Shown here: piece by piece, positions 25,900 through 34,349 of the stretch | How the letters are laid out: each line of letters begins with the position of its first letter | Numbering within the stretch: the first letter of the stretch is position 1 | NCBI GenBank assembly: GCA_964483665.1 | Contig: CAZACP010000008.1 | Span: 1 to 54,967 of the forward strand | Reading direction: 5' to 3' | DNA: 54,967 bases | From: an uncultured Candidatus Saccharibacteria bacterium | Lineage (GTDB): Bacteria > Patescibacteriota > Doudnabacteria > UBA920 | Made by a program: the position numbers and the translations under genes | Notes under the pieces: generated by a model | What the model was told of the DNA's origin: nothing | The model's database searches: none | What the model saw: only the letters and a program-made list of their open reading frames with translations

Positions 25900-27084
25900 T
25901 TATACTAATGCTAGTACTATCCAAAACACGGCCGCGAGGTCGTTTTTTAAATATGGGTTGTCTAATTGTCCTTGGGTTAAAAGGGCAATTAAAAAAAGTG
26001 CTACAGAAAGTTTTAAAATATTTTTACGTTCACTTAAACCACGGTATATTAGCAGGCTTATTATCCCTATTAATCCTACAAGACCCAATATTCCTGTTTC
26101 AACCCAAAAATTTAAAAATATATTGTGGGGAAAATTGTGGTCAGGCAAAGTTTGGTCGGTTATAAGCAGGCGGTAGTTTTCAGAATAGCCGCCAAGCCCC
26201 AAGCCAAAAACCGGCGACTGCTTAACGGCAGTTATGCCGCTTTGCCAAAGCGTTAGGCGCGAGGAAGCAGACTTTTCTCCGCGCAAAGGCGAAGTCAGCC
26301 TGTGCCTGGTGCTGGGTATAAAAAGCACAATTATTGCAAACAGCAGCCCGGCATAAAAAAAGGCTTGTTTGGCTTTTTTATCTGCCGCCAGAAAAACAAA
26401 TACCAAAGCCGCCATTAATAAACCGAGCCACCCCGCGCGCGAGAGCGACAGCAGTAAGCCAAAACAGCCGAGTAGCCAAGCGGAAATTTTTAAATACTTT
26501 ATACTAAATACTTTATTTTTAATACTTTCCCACAAATCCCCAATTAAAAACGCCAATATTGGCGCTGACCAAAGGGCGTAAAAATTTGAATGTGCAAAAA
26601 AACTTACAGCGCGGCGCGGTTCAAAGTCGTTGCCTTGGAATAAAAGCGGAAGGCCTAAGCCTGTAAAATACTGAACAATGGCGTAGAGACCAAAAAGGCC
26701 GAGTAGCAAGTAGCAGGTAGTAATTAGCAAGTTACGAGACTTAGGAAATTCTTGAAATAAATATTTGCCTATAAAATACAAGCTAATGGGCTGAACAAAT
26801 AATACTAAAAGTTCCCCCAAAGTTTTTTGATTAATGCCCGAGACAAAAAGCGAAATTAGCGAGCCAAGTAAAAATAAAGAAATGAAGTATAAAATTTTTA
26901 CTTCGCATTTTTTTATTGACGCAAAAAGATTAGTTAGATGATTTTTGCTTAGTAAGAATATTCCGAAAACTACCCAAACAAAAAATACCCACAACATGAA
27001 AAAATTGGCAGGTAAGCCTAAAATGTTTATCTTTATTGCGTAAAGGGGGGTGAATAAAAATGTAAGCGGCAACAAATATTGCAT
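25900..27084 (-). CDS. O-antigen ligase (Wzy_C)-family membrane protein
   Basis: Polytopic; SLSRAGW, PVFGLGLGGY, FPHNIFLNFWVETGILG. Confidence 0.88.
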   Translation of the reverse strand: MQYLLPLTFLFTPLYAIKINILGLPANFFMLWVFFVWVVFGIFLLSKNHLTNLFASIKKCEVKILYFISLFLLGSLISLFVSGINQKTLGELLVLFVQPISLYFIGKYLFQEFPKSRNLLITTCYLLLGLFGLYAIVQYFTGLGLPLLFQGNDFEPRRAVSFFAHSNFYALWSAPILAFLIGDLWESIKNKVFSIKYLKISAWLLGCFGLLLSLSRAGWLGLLMAALVFVFLAADKKAKQAFFYAGLLFAIIVLFIPSTRHRLTSPLRGEKSASSRLTLWQSGITAVKQSPVFGLGLGGYSENYRLLITDQTLPDHNFPHNIFLNFWVETGILGLVGLIGIISLLIYRGLSERKNILKLSVALFLIALLTQGQLDNPYLKNDLAAVFWIVLALV

Positions 27085-27085
27085 A

Positions 27086-29692
27086 TTATGGAGTTGGCGT
27101 AGGCACCTGAAGTCCGCCGTTAATTTCAAAATTTACAGAAATACTGGTGTCGGCAGACTTGCCGTTTACGTCTACTGCCTTTGCCGCAATGGTATGAATT
27201 CCTTTTCCATAGTCTTTGTTTATGTTAAAGCTGTACGGGGCGGAGTTTAAGCTTTGTACGAAAATTCCGTCTACCGAAATATCTACTCTGGCAATCGGGC
27301 TTGGGCCTGTTGCCGCGGCTTCAATATGCAGCGGCAAATTTAATACGGTAAAATCGTCTTCGGGTTGGTTAATGCTAACCGCCGGAGGGTCTCCGCTTAA
27401 AATTGGCGTGGTGCTGGCGCTAAGTCCCGCCGGGTAGCCATAGCCGTTTTTTAAGGCCCAGTTTACAACCGGGTCTTCCCAGTAAGAATTTTGCGGTCTT
27501 TCGCTATGAAGCACTACATATGTTCTAAAAGATATTTGATTGGGCGGAGTTTCGGGCGTGGCAGGGAGGCCTGTTATGGAATCAATCTGAACAGCTTGGT
27601 GCACGTTGTCGTACTCGGTGGGAACCGAATAGTCGGCAAAAACTTCTTTCTTTGTGGTAGGAGTTAGCTGGGTCGGCAGTTTTCCTGAAATACTGTCTAC
27701 ATCTATTTCTCTTATGCCGTTTGGCCTTGTGAATTCTTCTGCAGGCGTGTCCTTAAGCGCGTTTAACATAAATTCCCTCCAAATAGGCGCAGCCACAACT
27801 ACCCCGTCAGCTCCCCGCTTCATAAGACATTTGGGGTCTTTGCCCCCGCAGCTATTACCCGCCCAAACTCCGGCGGCTAAAGAAGGAGTAAAGCCCATGG
27901 TCCAGCCGTCGTTCCAGTCATTGGTGGTGCCGGTTTTAGCCGCTACTGTTCGTCCGGGCAATGTGAGCGGCGAGTTTGGGCCAAAAACATAAGCTCTGGC
28001 ATTGTTGTCGCTCATAATGCTGGTTAACAGGTAGACTGCCTGAGGATCTAAAATTTCTTGCGGGCGCGGCTGAAATTCCTCCACTGTCTGACCTGATTTG
28101 TCTTTTATTTGCAAAATAAAAGTTTTTTCATTTTTAACTCCGTTGTTGGCTAAAACAGAATAAGCAGCCACATGGTCAACTAATTTAACAGTGCATCCGC
28201 CTAACACTAAAGACAGTCCGCAGTTAGCAAGCGGGCTGGTAATACCAAGCTTTCGGGCGGTTTGAGTTGCGTTGTCTACGCCGACTAAGGCCAGGGTTTT
28301 TACAGCCGGAATGTTTAAGGAGCCTGCCAAAGCTTGCCTCATGGAAACAATACCGTGCTCGCTGCCGTCGTAATTATTGGGAATGTAGTCTTTGTTATTG
28401 AATTTGCCGAAATTCGTTACCACGTCCATTAGCATGGTAGCCGGGGCGTATTTGTTTTCTTTGCTAAAAGCGGTTACGTAAACATAGGGTTTAAAACTGC
28501 TGCCAGGCTGGCGCGGAGAAATAGCTACGTTGACCTGCGGGTCAAACAGGCACTTGCCCGGTCCGCAGCCTTCCGGTTCGCTTTTTCCAAAATAATTTTT
28601 ACTGCCCACCATAGCTAAAACCTGCCCGGTTTTAGGGTCAATGGCGACCAAAGCTTCGTTATTTGCGTTATATTTTTTTACGTTGGTTTCCGCATATTTG
28701 TTTATGGCTTCTTCGGCGATTTTTTGTAAGCGCGGATCTAATGTTGTGTAAACTTTAAGCCCGCCTTCCTGTAAAGTTTTTTCGCCAAATTTTTGTGCCA
28801 AATAATCTTCCACCATAAACACAAAATGGGGTGCGGTAATTCCGGTTTTTATTTCGCTAAAGGCAACTTTTTCTTCCTTAGCCTGTTTTTCTTGTTCTGC
28901 AGAAATATAGCCGTCTTCCCGCATTCTGGTTAGCACGTAGTCTTTTCTGCCGTCGAGCAAAGCCCTGTTTGGCCCAAAGGGGTTGTAGCGGCTGGGCGAC
29001 TGCGGCAGTGCGGCTAGGTAAGCGCTTTCCGCCAAGCTTAGGTCTTTGGCGCTTTTTCCAAAATAGCTTTGGCTGGCGGCCTCCGCCCCGTAGGTGTTTT
29101 TACCATAAGGAATTTCGTTAAGGTAAAATTCTAAGATCTGGTCTTTGGAATAGCGCGTTTCCATGGCAAGGCTTAAAATTAACTCGCGCGGTTTTCTGTC
29201 CCAGGCGCTATAGTTTCGTAAAATTGCGTTTTTAACCAGCTGCTGGGTTATGGTGCTTCCGCCTCCCCCGCTTCGGTCCAAGTTAATGGCTAAGCGCAAA
29301 ACCGCTCTGGCAATTCCCCTGAAGGAAATTCCGTGATGTTTGTAAAAGTCTTTGTCTTCTATGGCAATGGTGGCCTTTTTTAAATTTTCTGAAATTTGAT
29401 CATACGGCACCAAAGTTCTTTTTACTTCTCCGTGAATTTCATACAATAGTGAATTGTCGCGCGCGTAAATTTTTGTACTCTCCGCCACTTCTCTGCTAAT
29501 TAGCTTGCCCGGGTCGGGCAAGTCTTTGCTGTAATACAAAAATAAAATCGCGAGCAAAAAAACGCCCACCGCCGCAAACCTAAAAGCCCATAAAGCAATT
29601 GTTCGCAAATCCCATTTGCCGCCTTTGCTTCTTACTTTTTTTACTCTAATTTTTTTGTCCTTGTCTTTGCTTTCAAAACTGTAAATATGCAT
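27086..29692 (-). CDS. Class A penicillin-binding protein (transglycosylase/transpeptidase) with C-terminal Ig-like domain
   Basis: AIEDKDFYKH, GGSTITQQLVKN, RQPGSSFKP, AKTGT; real start MHIYS at 29692 after TATAAT. Confidence 0.93.
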   Translation of the reverse strand: MHIYSFESKDKDKKIRVKKVRSKGGKWDLRTIALWAFRFAAVGVFLLAILFLYYSKDLPDPGKLISREVAESTKIYARDNSLLYEIHGEVKRTLVPYDQISENLKKATIAIEDKDFYKHHGISFRGIARAVLRLAINLDRSGGGGSTITQQLVKNAILRNYSAWDRKPRELILSLAMETRYSKDQILEFYLNEIPYGKNTYGAEAASQSYFGKSAKDLSLAESAYLAALPQSPSRYNPFGPNRALLDGRKDYVLTRMREDGYISAEQEKQAKEEKVAFSEIKTGITAPHFVFMVEDYLAQKFGEKTLQEGGLKVYTTLDPRLQKIAEEAINKYAETNVKKYNANNEALVAIDPKTGQVLAMVGSKNYFGKSEPEGCGPGKCLFDPQVNVAISPRQPGSSFKPYVYVTAFSKENKYAPATMLMDVVTNFGKFNNKDYIPNNYDGSEHGIVSMRQALAGSLNIPAVKTLALVGVDNATQTARKLGITSPLANCGLSLVLGGCTVKLVDHVAAYSVLANNGVKNEKTFILQIKDKSGQTVEEFQPRPQEILDPQAVYLLTSIMSDNNARAYVFGPNSPLTLPGRTVAAKTGTTNDWNDGWTMGFTPSLAAGVWAGNSCGGKDPKCLMKRGADGVVVAAPIWREFMLNALKDTPAEEFTRPNGIREIDVDSISGKLPTQLTPTTKKEVFADYSVPTEYDNVHQAVQIDSITGLPATPETPPNQISFRTYVVLHSERPQNSYWEDPVVNWALKNGYGYPAGLSASTTPILSGDPPAVSINQPEDDFTVLNLPLHIEAAATGPSPIARVDISVDGIFVQSLNSAPYSFNINKDYGKGIHTIAAKAVDVNGKSADTSISVNFEINGGLQVPTPTP

Positions 29693-29809
29693 AGGGGTAT
29701 TATAATTGTTTTTTTTGGGTTTTGAAAGGCTATAAATAAGCTTGCTAAAAATAAATTTTGGGTATAAAATATGCGGACAATCCGTAGTAGGGATTAGATT
29801 AGGAGGTAT

Positions 29810-30604
29810 ATGAATTTTGCAAAGGAAAGGCTCCGTAAGGGCGAATTTTTGAATGTGATGTGGAGTGCGACAGGCTCTCCTCATATGATTGCGGCCGGAT
29901 GGAAGCACGGGTATCATGTCTGTTTGGCTGACGCTGAGCACAATCCTGGAATGAGCGTGGAGCGTCTTTTGAATCTGCGTAATGGTTTCATGGCGCTTCA
30001 GGCTGAACAACAGAAAGAATGCGAGTTCGGCGTCAGGGTGCCCGTGGCGAACCGTGACTGGTTGCAGCATCTTGCTGATGGTGGGGTGCGCTTGTTCGTT
30101 ATTCCCATGATCGACACAGCAGAGCAAGCAGCCGAAGTAGTAAGCATGCTCTTGTATCCGCCTTTAGGTAAACGGGGCGGTGCGGGGCATATGCCTTGCA
30201 ACTTGTATGGGGGCAACCCGCAGTATTACCAACAAGCGAACGAAAATATGTGCGTTGTTGTTCAGGCCGAGACGCCTAAAGCGCTCGGAAATCTGCCCGC
30301 AATTTCTGCGGTTGCCGGGGTTGATATGGTGTTTTTTGGTCCATTCGACCTGCACATTACTAGCGACAAAGGGTTCCGCACCGGGGATTTGGGTGTCGAG
30401 CAAACGATAAAGAATGCGGTTGCCGGGGTTCAGAACAAGCTTCGTTCGGCGCGGTTCGGGATTATGGAACCTCGGGAAGATATGCTCTGGACATGGTTTC
30501 GGTCCGGCATCCAATTTGTGGCCACTCCTGATACTGTGTTGGTCGATCGAGTATTTGCCAAGCGAGCGCAAGATGTGGTCAGTGCTTTCAACCCTGCGAC
30601 TTGA
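29810..30604 (+). CDS. HpcH/HpaI aldolase family protein
   Basis: LADAEH, IPMIDT, YPPLGKRG, VVQAET, FFGPFDL; SD AGGAGG; visibly GC-richer than neighbours. Confidence 0.88.
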   Translation: MNFAKERLRKGEFLNVMWSATGSPHMIAAGWKHGYHVCLADAEHNPGMSVERLLNLRNGFMALQAEQQKECEFGVRVPVANRDWLQHLADGGVRLFVIPMIDTAEQAAEVVSMLLYPPLGKRGGAGHMPCNLYGGNPQYYQQANENMCVVVQAETPKALGNLPAISAVAGVDMVFFGPFDLHITSDKGFRTGDLGVEQTIKNAVAGVQNKLRSARFGIMEPREDMLWTWFRSGIQFVATPDTVLVDRVFAKRAQDVVSAFNPAT

Positions 30605-30624
30605 TCTGTCTTTTCGTTGAGTGC

Positions 30625-30670
30625 AAAACCCCCTATACCCAGCCGCAACGGCCTTGGGTGTAGGGGTTTT
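30625..30670 (+). terminator. Intrinsic terminator
   Basis: aaaaccccctataccc...gggtgtaggggtttt. Confidence 0.75.
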
Positions 30671-30722
30671 CTTTTTAAATATTTAAAAAAATGGTATTAT
30701 TTATATACTTAATTCAAACTTT

Positions 30723-31886
30723 ATGAATCAAATCGAAGAAATTTTAACCAGAGGTGTGGAGGAAGTTATAGACAAGGCGCATTTAGAAAGCCTTTTAAAG
30801 AGCAAAAAAAAGTTGAGAGTTAAATTGGGCATAGACCCAACCTCCCCCAATATTCATATTGGCCGAGCAGTAGTTTTGTGGAAGCTAAGGGCTTTTCAGG
30901 AATTGGGACATAAGGTGGTTTTTATAGTCGGCGATTTTACCGGCCTTATTGGCGACACTTCGGACAAAGAGTCAGAACGTCCCATGCTTTCTGAAAAAGA
31001 AATAAAGGCCAACCTAAAAAGCTATTTTGCCCAGGCGGGAAAAATTATAGACCCCAAAAAAGCTGAAATGCATTACAACTCCAAGTGGCTAAAAAAACTG
31101 GGGTTTGCAGAAATTGGCAAGTTGGCTAATTTGTTTGGCTTGCACGAAATGTCTTCGCGGGAAAATATTGCCTTGCGGCTTAAAGCCGGCAAACCTGTTT
31201 CGCTCAGGGAGCTTCTTTACCCTCTTATGCAGGGCTACGATTCAGTTGCTGTGAAGGCCGATGTGGAGCTTGGCGGTACAGACCAGAGGTTTAATTTGCT
31301 GGCCGGACGCACAATACAAAAAGCCTACGGGCAAGAGCCGCAGGATATTTTAACCACACAAATTATGGAAGGTACAGACGGAAGGAAAATGTCTTCTTCT
31401 TGGGGCAACACGGTAAACATTACCGAAGAGCCTAACAATATGTTTGGAAAAATAATGTCTATTCCCGATGGTTTAATAAAAAAGTATTTTGTTTTGGCTA
31501 CAAGAGTGGAAATTAGGGAAATAGATGAAATAATGAAATTGCCGAATCCTAGGGATCAGAAATTAAAACTAGCCGAAGAAATTACCAAGCTTTACCATGG
31601 CGAAAAAAAAGCTTTGGTTGCTAAAGAAGCCTTTATTAATCAATTCAGTAAAGGTGAGTTGCCTGAAGAAATTGAAACAAAAAAGTTTAAAAGCGGTAGT
31701 TACAAATTATCAGAGTTGATTGTTTTAACCGGGCAGGCAGCAAGCAAGTCAGAGGCCAGAAGGCTTATTGAGCAAAAGGGTGTTAAGGTGGATCAGCAAA
31801 CCAGCGGCGATATGGAGCTTATGCTAGACGGACAAAAAGAATATTTGCTCCAGGTTGGCAAAAGAAAATTTGTGAAAATAAAATAA
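30723..31886 (+). CDS. tyrS: Tyrosyl-tRNA synthetase
   Basis: GIDPTSPNIHIG (HIGH), YPLMQGYDS, GGTDQRFN, KMSSS, S4 domain. Confidence 0.97.
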   Translation: MNQIEEILTRGVEEVIDKAHLESLLKSKKKLRVKLGIDPTSPNIHIGRAVVLWKLRAFQELGHKVVFIVGDFTGLIGDTSDKESERPMLSEKEIKANLKSYFAQAGKIIDPKKAEMHYNSKWLKKLGFAEIGKLANLFGLHEMSSRENIALRLKAGKPVSLRELLYPLMQGYDSVAVKADVELGGTDQRFNLLAGRTIQKAYGQEPQDILTTQIMEGTDGRKMSSSWGNTVNITEEPNNMFGKIMSIPDGLIKKYFVLATRVEIREIDEIMKLPNPRDQKLKLAEEITKLYHGEKKALVAKEAFINQFSKGELPEEIETKKFKSGSYKLSELIVLTGQAASKSEARRLIEQKGVKVDQQTSGDMELMLDGQKEYLLQVGKRKFVKIK

Positions 31887-31889
31887 GTC

Positions 31890-32018
31890 CGTCATCCCGG
31901 AATTTTTTCGTCTCAGTATAAAGTTAGTCGAAAAAATATCCGGGATCCAGAATAGAGCAATAAAATAGATTCCGGATATTCTGCCCATATAAATAGTTGT
32001 ACAGAATTCCGGAATGAC
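31890..32018. repeat. GTCATYCCGG...CCGGAATGAC REP/MITE-like composite palindrome
   Basis: cgtcatcccgga...atccgggatcca...tagattccgga...ttccggaatgac. Confidence 0.75.
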
Positions 32019-32107
32019 AAAGCTTGTATATATAAACTTAAAACCCCCTCAAAGCGAGGGGGTTTTAAAATCTGTGCAATCTGTATTTATCCGTGTATCT
32101 GTGAACG

Positions 32108-32236
32108 TTACATAGCGGCAGTTTCGCCGCCTTCTTCTTTTTCTTCGGTGTCGGTGGCGGTGTCGTCAGCCGGCATGCTGCCGTCGTTCATTCCGCCGTC
32201 TGTTGGGGTTCCCATTGCTTCGTCGTCAAAAAACAT
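32108..32236 (-). CDS. 42-aa highly acidic microprotein
   Basis: MFFDDEAMGTPTDGGMNDGSMPADDTATDTEEKEEGGETAAM*; AGGAAAGGAAAG upstream; coding-like codon usage. Confidence 0.65.
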   Translation of the reverse strand: MFFDDEAMGTPTDGGMNDGSMPADDTATDTEEKEEGGETAAM

Positions 32237-32346
32237 TTTACTTTCCTTTCCTTCCTCCTCCCCTCCGAATAATAGGAGAATAGGGGAAGTTATTATTTAA
32301 ACTTAAACAATTCTTAAAAAGAATTGTACAAAAAGTATACCAGCGC

Positions 32347-32838
32347 CTATTTAATATGTCTAGTCTTAGAGTGAAAAAAACCCGCACACATAGCAACCGC
32401 AAGTGCGTCTGCGGCGTCGTCTGGCTTAGGCACTTTTTTTAAGTTAAAAGTTTTTTGCACCATATATTGAACTTGTTTTTTTTCTGCTTTGCCATAACCG
32501 CAAATAAAGTTTTTTACTTGTAAGGGTGTGTATTCGTAAATAGGAATTTTATTTTTTTCGCAAATGTATAACGTAAGCCCTCGGGCTTGTGTGACTGTAA
32601 TAATAGTTTTTTGGTTGGTAGTAAAAAATATTTTTTCAATACCTACTGCTGCTGGTTTATGCTTCTCGATGATGTTAGATAGGTCATCTGCCAAAATTTT
32701 TAACCGTTCTGCATCGGAAAGTTTTTTATCGGTAGCAATCACTCCAAAATCAACCAGCTTGGGCTGGTTTGATTTAGCTATTTCGATAATACCATAGCCG
32801 GTTGTAGCGGTACCGGGGTCAATTCCGAGGATGATCAT
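32347..32838 (-). CDS. ruvC: Holliday junction resolvase RuvC
   Basis: ILGIDPG, IEKIFF, EYTPLQVK, DDAADALAVA. Confidence 0.97.
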   Translation of the reverse strand: MIILGIDPGTATTGYGIIEIAKSNQPKLVDFGVIATDKKLSDAERLKILADDLSNIIEKHKPAAVGIEKIFFTTNQKTIITVTQARGLTLYICEKNKIPIYEYTPLQVKNFICGYGKAEKKQVQYMVQKTFNLKKVPKPDDAADALAVAMCAGFFHSKTRHIK

Positions 32839-33181
32839 TTATTTTGAAATTTATAACAATAATATCGCCGCCTTTATAATTAGGATAAAGTCTTTTCCAA
32901 ATGCCCTTAGCGTTATCTTTTGTAATGTTGCTGCCAAACCTACGTGTATCATTCACTTGTAATAGGTAATCAAGGCTTTTATAGGTTTCGATAGATGTGG
33001 TAATAACCATGACTGAGTCTTGAGAAGATTTAAAAATAATTTTTTCTCCTATTATGGGCTTTATTGGAATGCTAAAGCCAGGTCTTGCTTCTGCTGTTTT
33101 TGACCCTTTTTTTATTTGATCCAAAAATTCTTGCTTAACAAAAATTGTCTGAATTCCTTTTTCTTGCTCACTACGTTCCAT
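32819..33181 (-). CDS. ASCH/PUA-like domain protein
   Basis: IFVKQEFLDQIKKGSKTAEAR motif. Confidence 0.75.
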   Translation of the reverse strand: MERSEQEKGIQTIFVKQEFLDQIKKGSKTAEARPGFSIPIKPIIGEKIIFKSSQDSVMVITTSIETYKSLDYLLQVNDTRRFGSNITKDNAKGIWKRLYPNYKGGDIIVINFKINDHPRN

Positions 33182-33185
33182 AGGA

Positions 33186-33905
33186 TTATAGGTTAGCTGA
33201 TGTATGAACCGAGATCACGTCTTCATCATTTTCTAATTCCGCAAACAGACTGTCGACTTTGGGCTTTTGGTCTTCGGTTAAGTCCACGCCTTGGGAAGAT
33301 TCTTTTATAATGTCTGCCCGGGCTATTTTCGCTCCGGCTTGTGCTAAGACTTGTTTTATTTTATTTAGTTCAAGTGGTTTGGTATAAATTTCTAAACCTT
33401 CGGTTGATTCTCTTACGTCATCGGCACCCGCGTCTATGGCCGCTAACTCAATGGCGGAAAGATTATAATCCCGCTCAACTAATATTTGTCCTTTGGTAGA
33501 AAATTGCCAGGCAACACTGTTTTGTGCACCTATACTGCCGTTGTGTTTAGAAAATATATGGCGGATATTTTGAAAAGTTCTATTAGAGTTGTCAGTCGCG
33601 CATTCTACTAAAAAGGCTGTGCCAAAAGGCCCGTAGCCTTCGTAAACAACTTCTTGTATTTGCCCAGCTCCTCCGCCGGTTGCGGCTTTTATGGCCCGTT
33701 CTATGTTGTCATTCGGCATGCCTTGGTCTTTGGCGTAGTCCACCGCGCTTTTAAGCTTAAAATTAACGCTTGGGTCACCACTGCCCCCGCCTTCTTTAAC
33801 CGCTATAGATATTTTTTTTCCGAGCTTGGAATATAAAAGCCCGCGCTTTTGATCAAGTACGCCTTTGGTACGTTTAATTTGGCTCCATTTGCTGTGTCCG
33901 GACAT
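33186..33905 (-). CDS. yebC: YebC/PmpR-family protein
   Basis: MSGHSKWSQIKR, YEGYGP, TDNSNRT. Confidence 0.97.
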   Translation of the reverse strand: MSGHSKWSQIKRTKGVLDQKRGLLYSKLGKKISIAVKEGGGSGDPSVNFKLKSAVDYAKDQGMPNDNIERAIKAATGGGAGQIQEVVYEGYGPFGTAFLVECATDNSNRTFQNIRHIFSKHNGSIGAQNSVAWQFSTKGQILVERDYNLSAIELAAIDAGADDVRESTEGLEIYTKPLELNKIKQVLAQAGAKIARADIIKESSQGVDLTEDQKPKVDSLFAELENDEDVISVHTSANL

Positions 33906-33909
33906 GATG

Positions 33910-33940
33910 ATTAAATAAAATTTTGAAATTAAATAAAATT
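33910..33940. repeat. Downstream inverted arms of the four-helix-bundle element
   Basis: attaaataaaatt (33910-22) and aaattaaataaaatt (33926-40). Confidence 0.75.
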
Positions 33941-33949
33941 AAGTAAAAT

Positions 33950-34315
33950 TTATTTATTCCTAAGATTTTTCGTGGCTGAATATTTTGACGCTGTCATAAT
34001 GGCTGTTATTTCCGAGGCCTCTTTTAACAAATCTTGGATTTCCGCTTCATTCATTAATTTTGATTCAATTATTAATTCAAGCCAAAATTGAGTTTCATCT
34101 GCTTCTTCTGCAACCACCCCAAGTTTGTTAATGAAATCTTTTGCGGACTTAGCTCAACAAACAGCGCGGTAGTTGGCAGCGACAGATGTGCCTGATCTTA
34201 AAATTTGTTTAGCAATTACAATTCCTACCGTTCCTAATTTTTCTAAATGTTGTGAAAGTTTAATAATTCTTATGGCAAATTGTTTAGTTCTTTTTTGAAG
34301 GTCGATTTTGTCCAT
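33950..34315 (-). pseudogene. Four-helix-bundle (23S rRNA IVP-like) protein with an in-frame TGA at codon 54
   Basis: MDKIDLQKRTKQFAIRII...QILRSGTSVAANYRAVC*AKSAKDFINKLGVVAEEADETQFWLEL...NK*; TGA at 34154-34156. Confidence 0.88.
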
Positions 34316-34316
34316 A

Positions 34317-34349
34317 AATTTTATTTAATTTGCTAATTTTATTTAATTT
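34317..34349. repeat. Upstream inverted arms of the four-helix-bundle element
   Basis: aattttatttaattt twice (34317-31, 34335-49), reverse complement of the downstream arm. Confidence 0.75.

Noticed and set aside
29693-30127. 145-aa N-terminal extension of the 1013-aa PBP ORF
   Set aside because: It is antisense to the aldolase and non-protein-like; a TATAAT sits 6 nt before the ATG at 29692.
34154-34156. In-frame TGA as evidence of code 25 (UGA=Gly) or selenocysteine
   Set aside because: TGA ends ruvB, the aldolase and the toxin at expected positions, and no other long gene has internal TGA. The position corresponds to Arg, so a CGA>TGA mutation is simpler.
33950-34315. Diversity-generating retroelement, because of Avd-like fold
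   Set aside because: No reverse transcriptase and no TR/VR pair with adenine-specific mismatches in the window.
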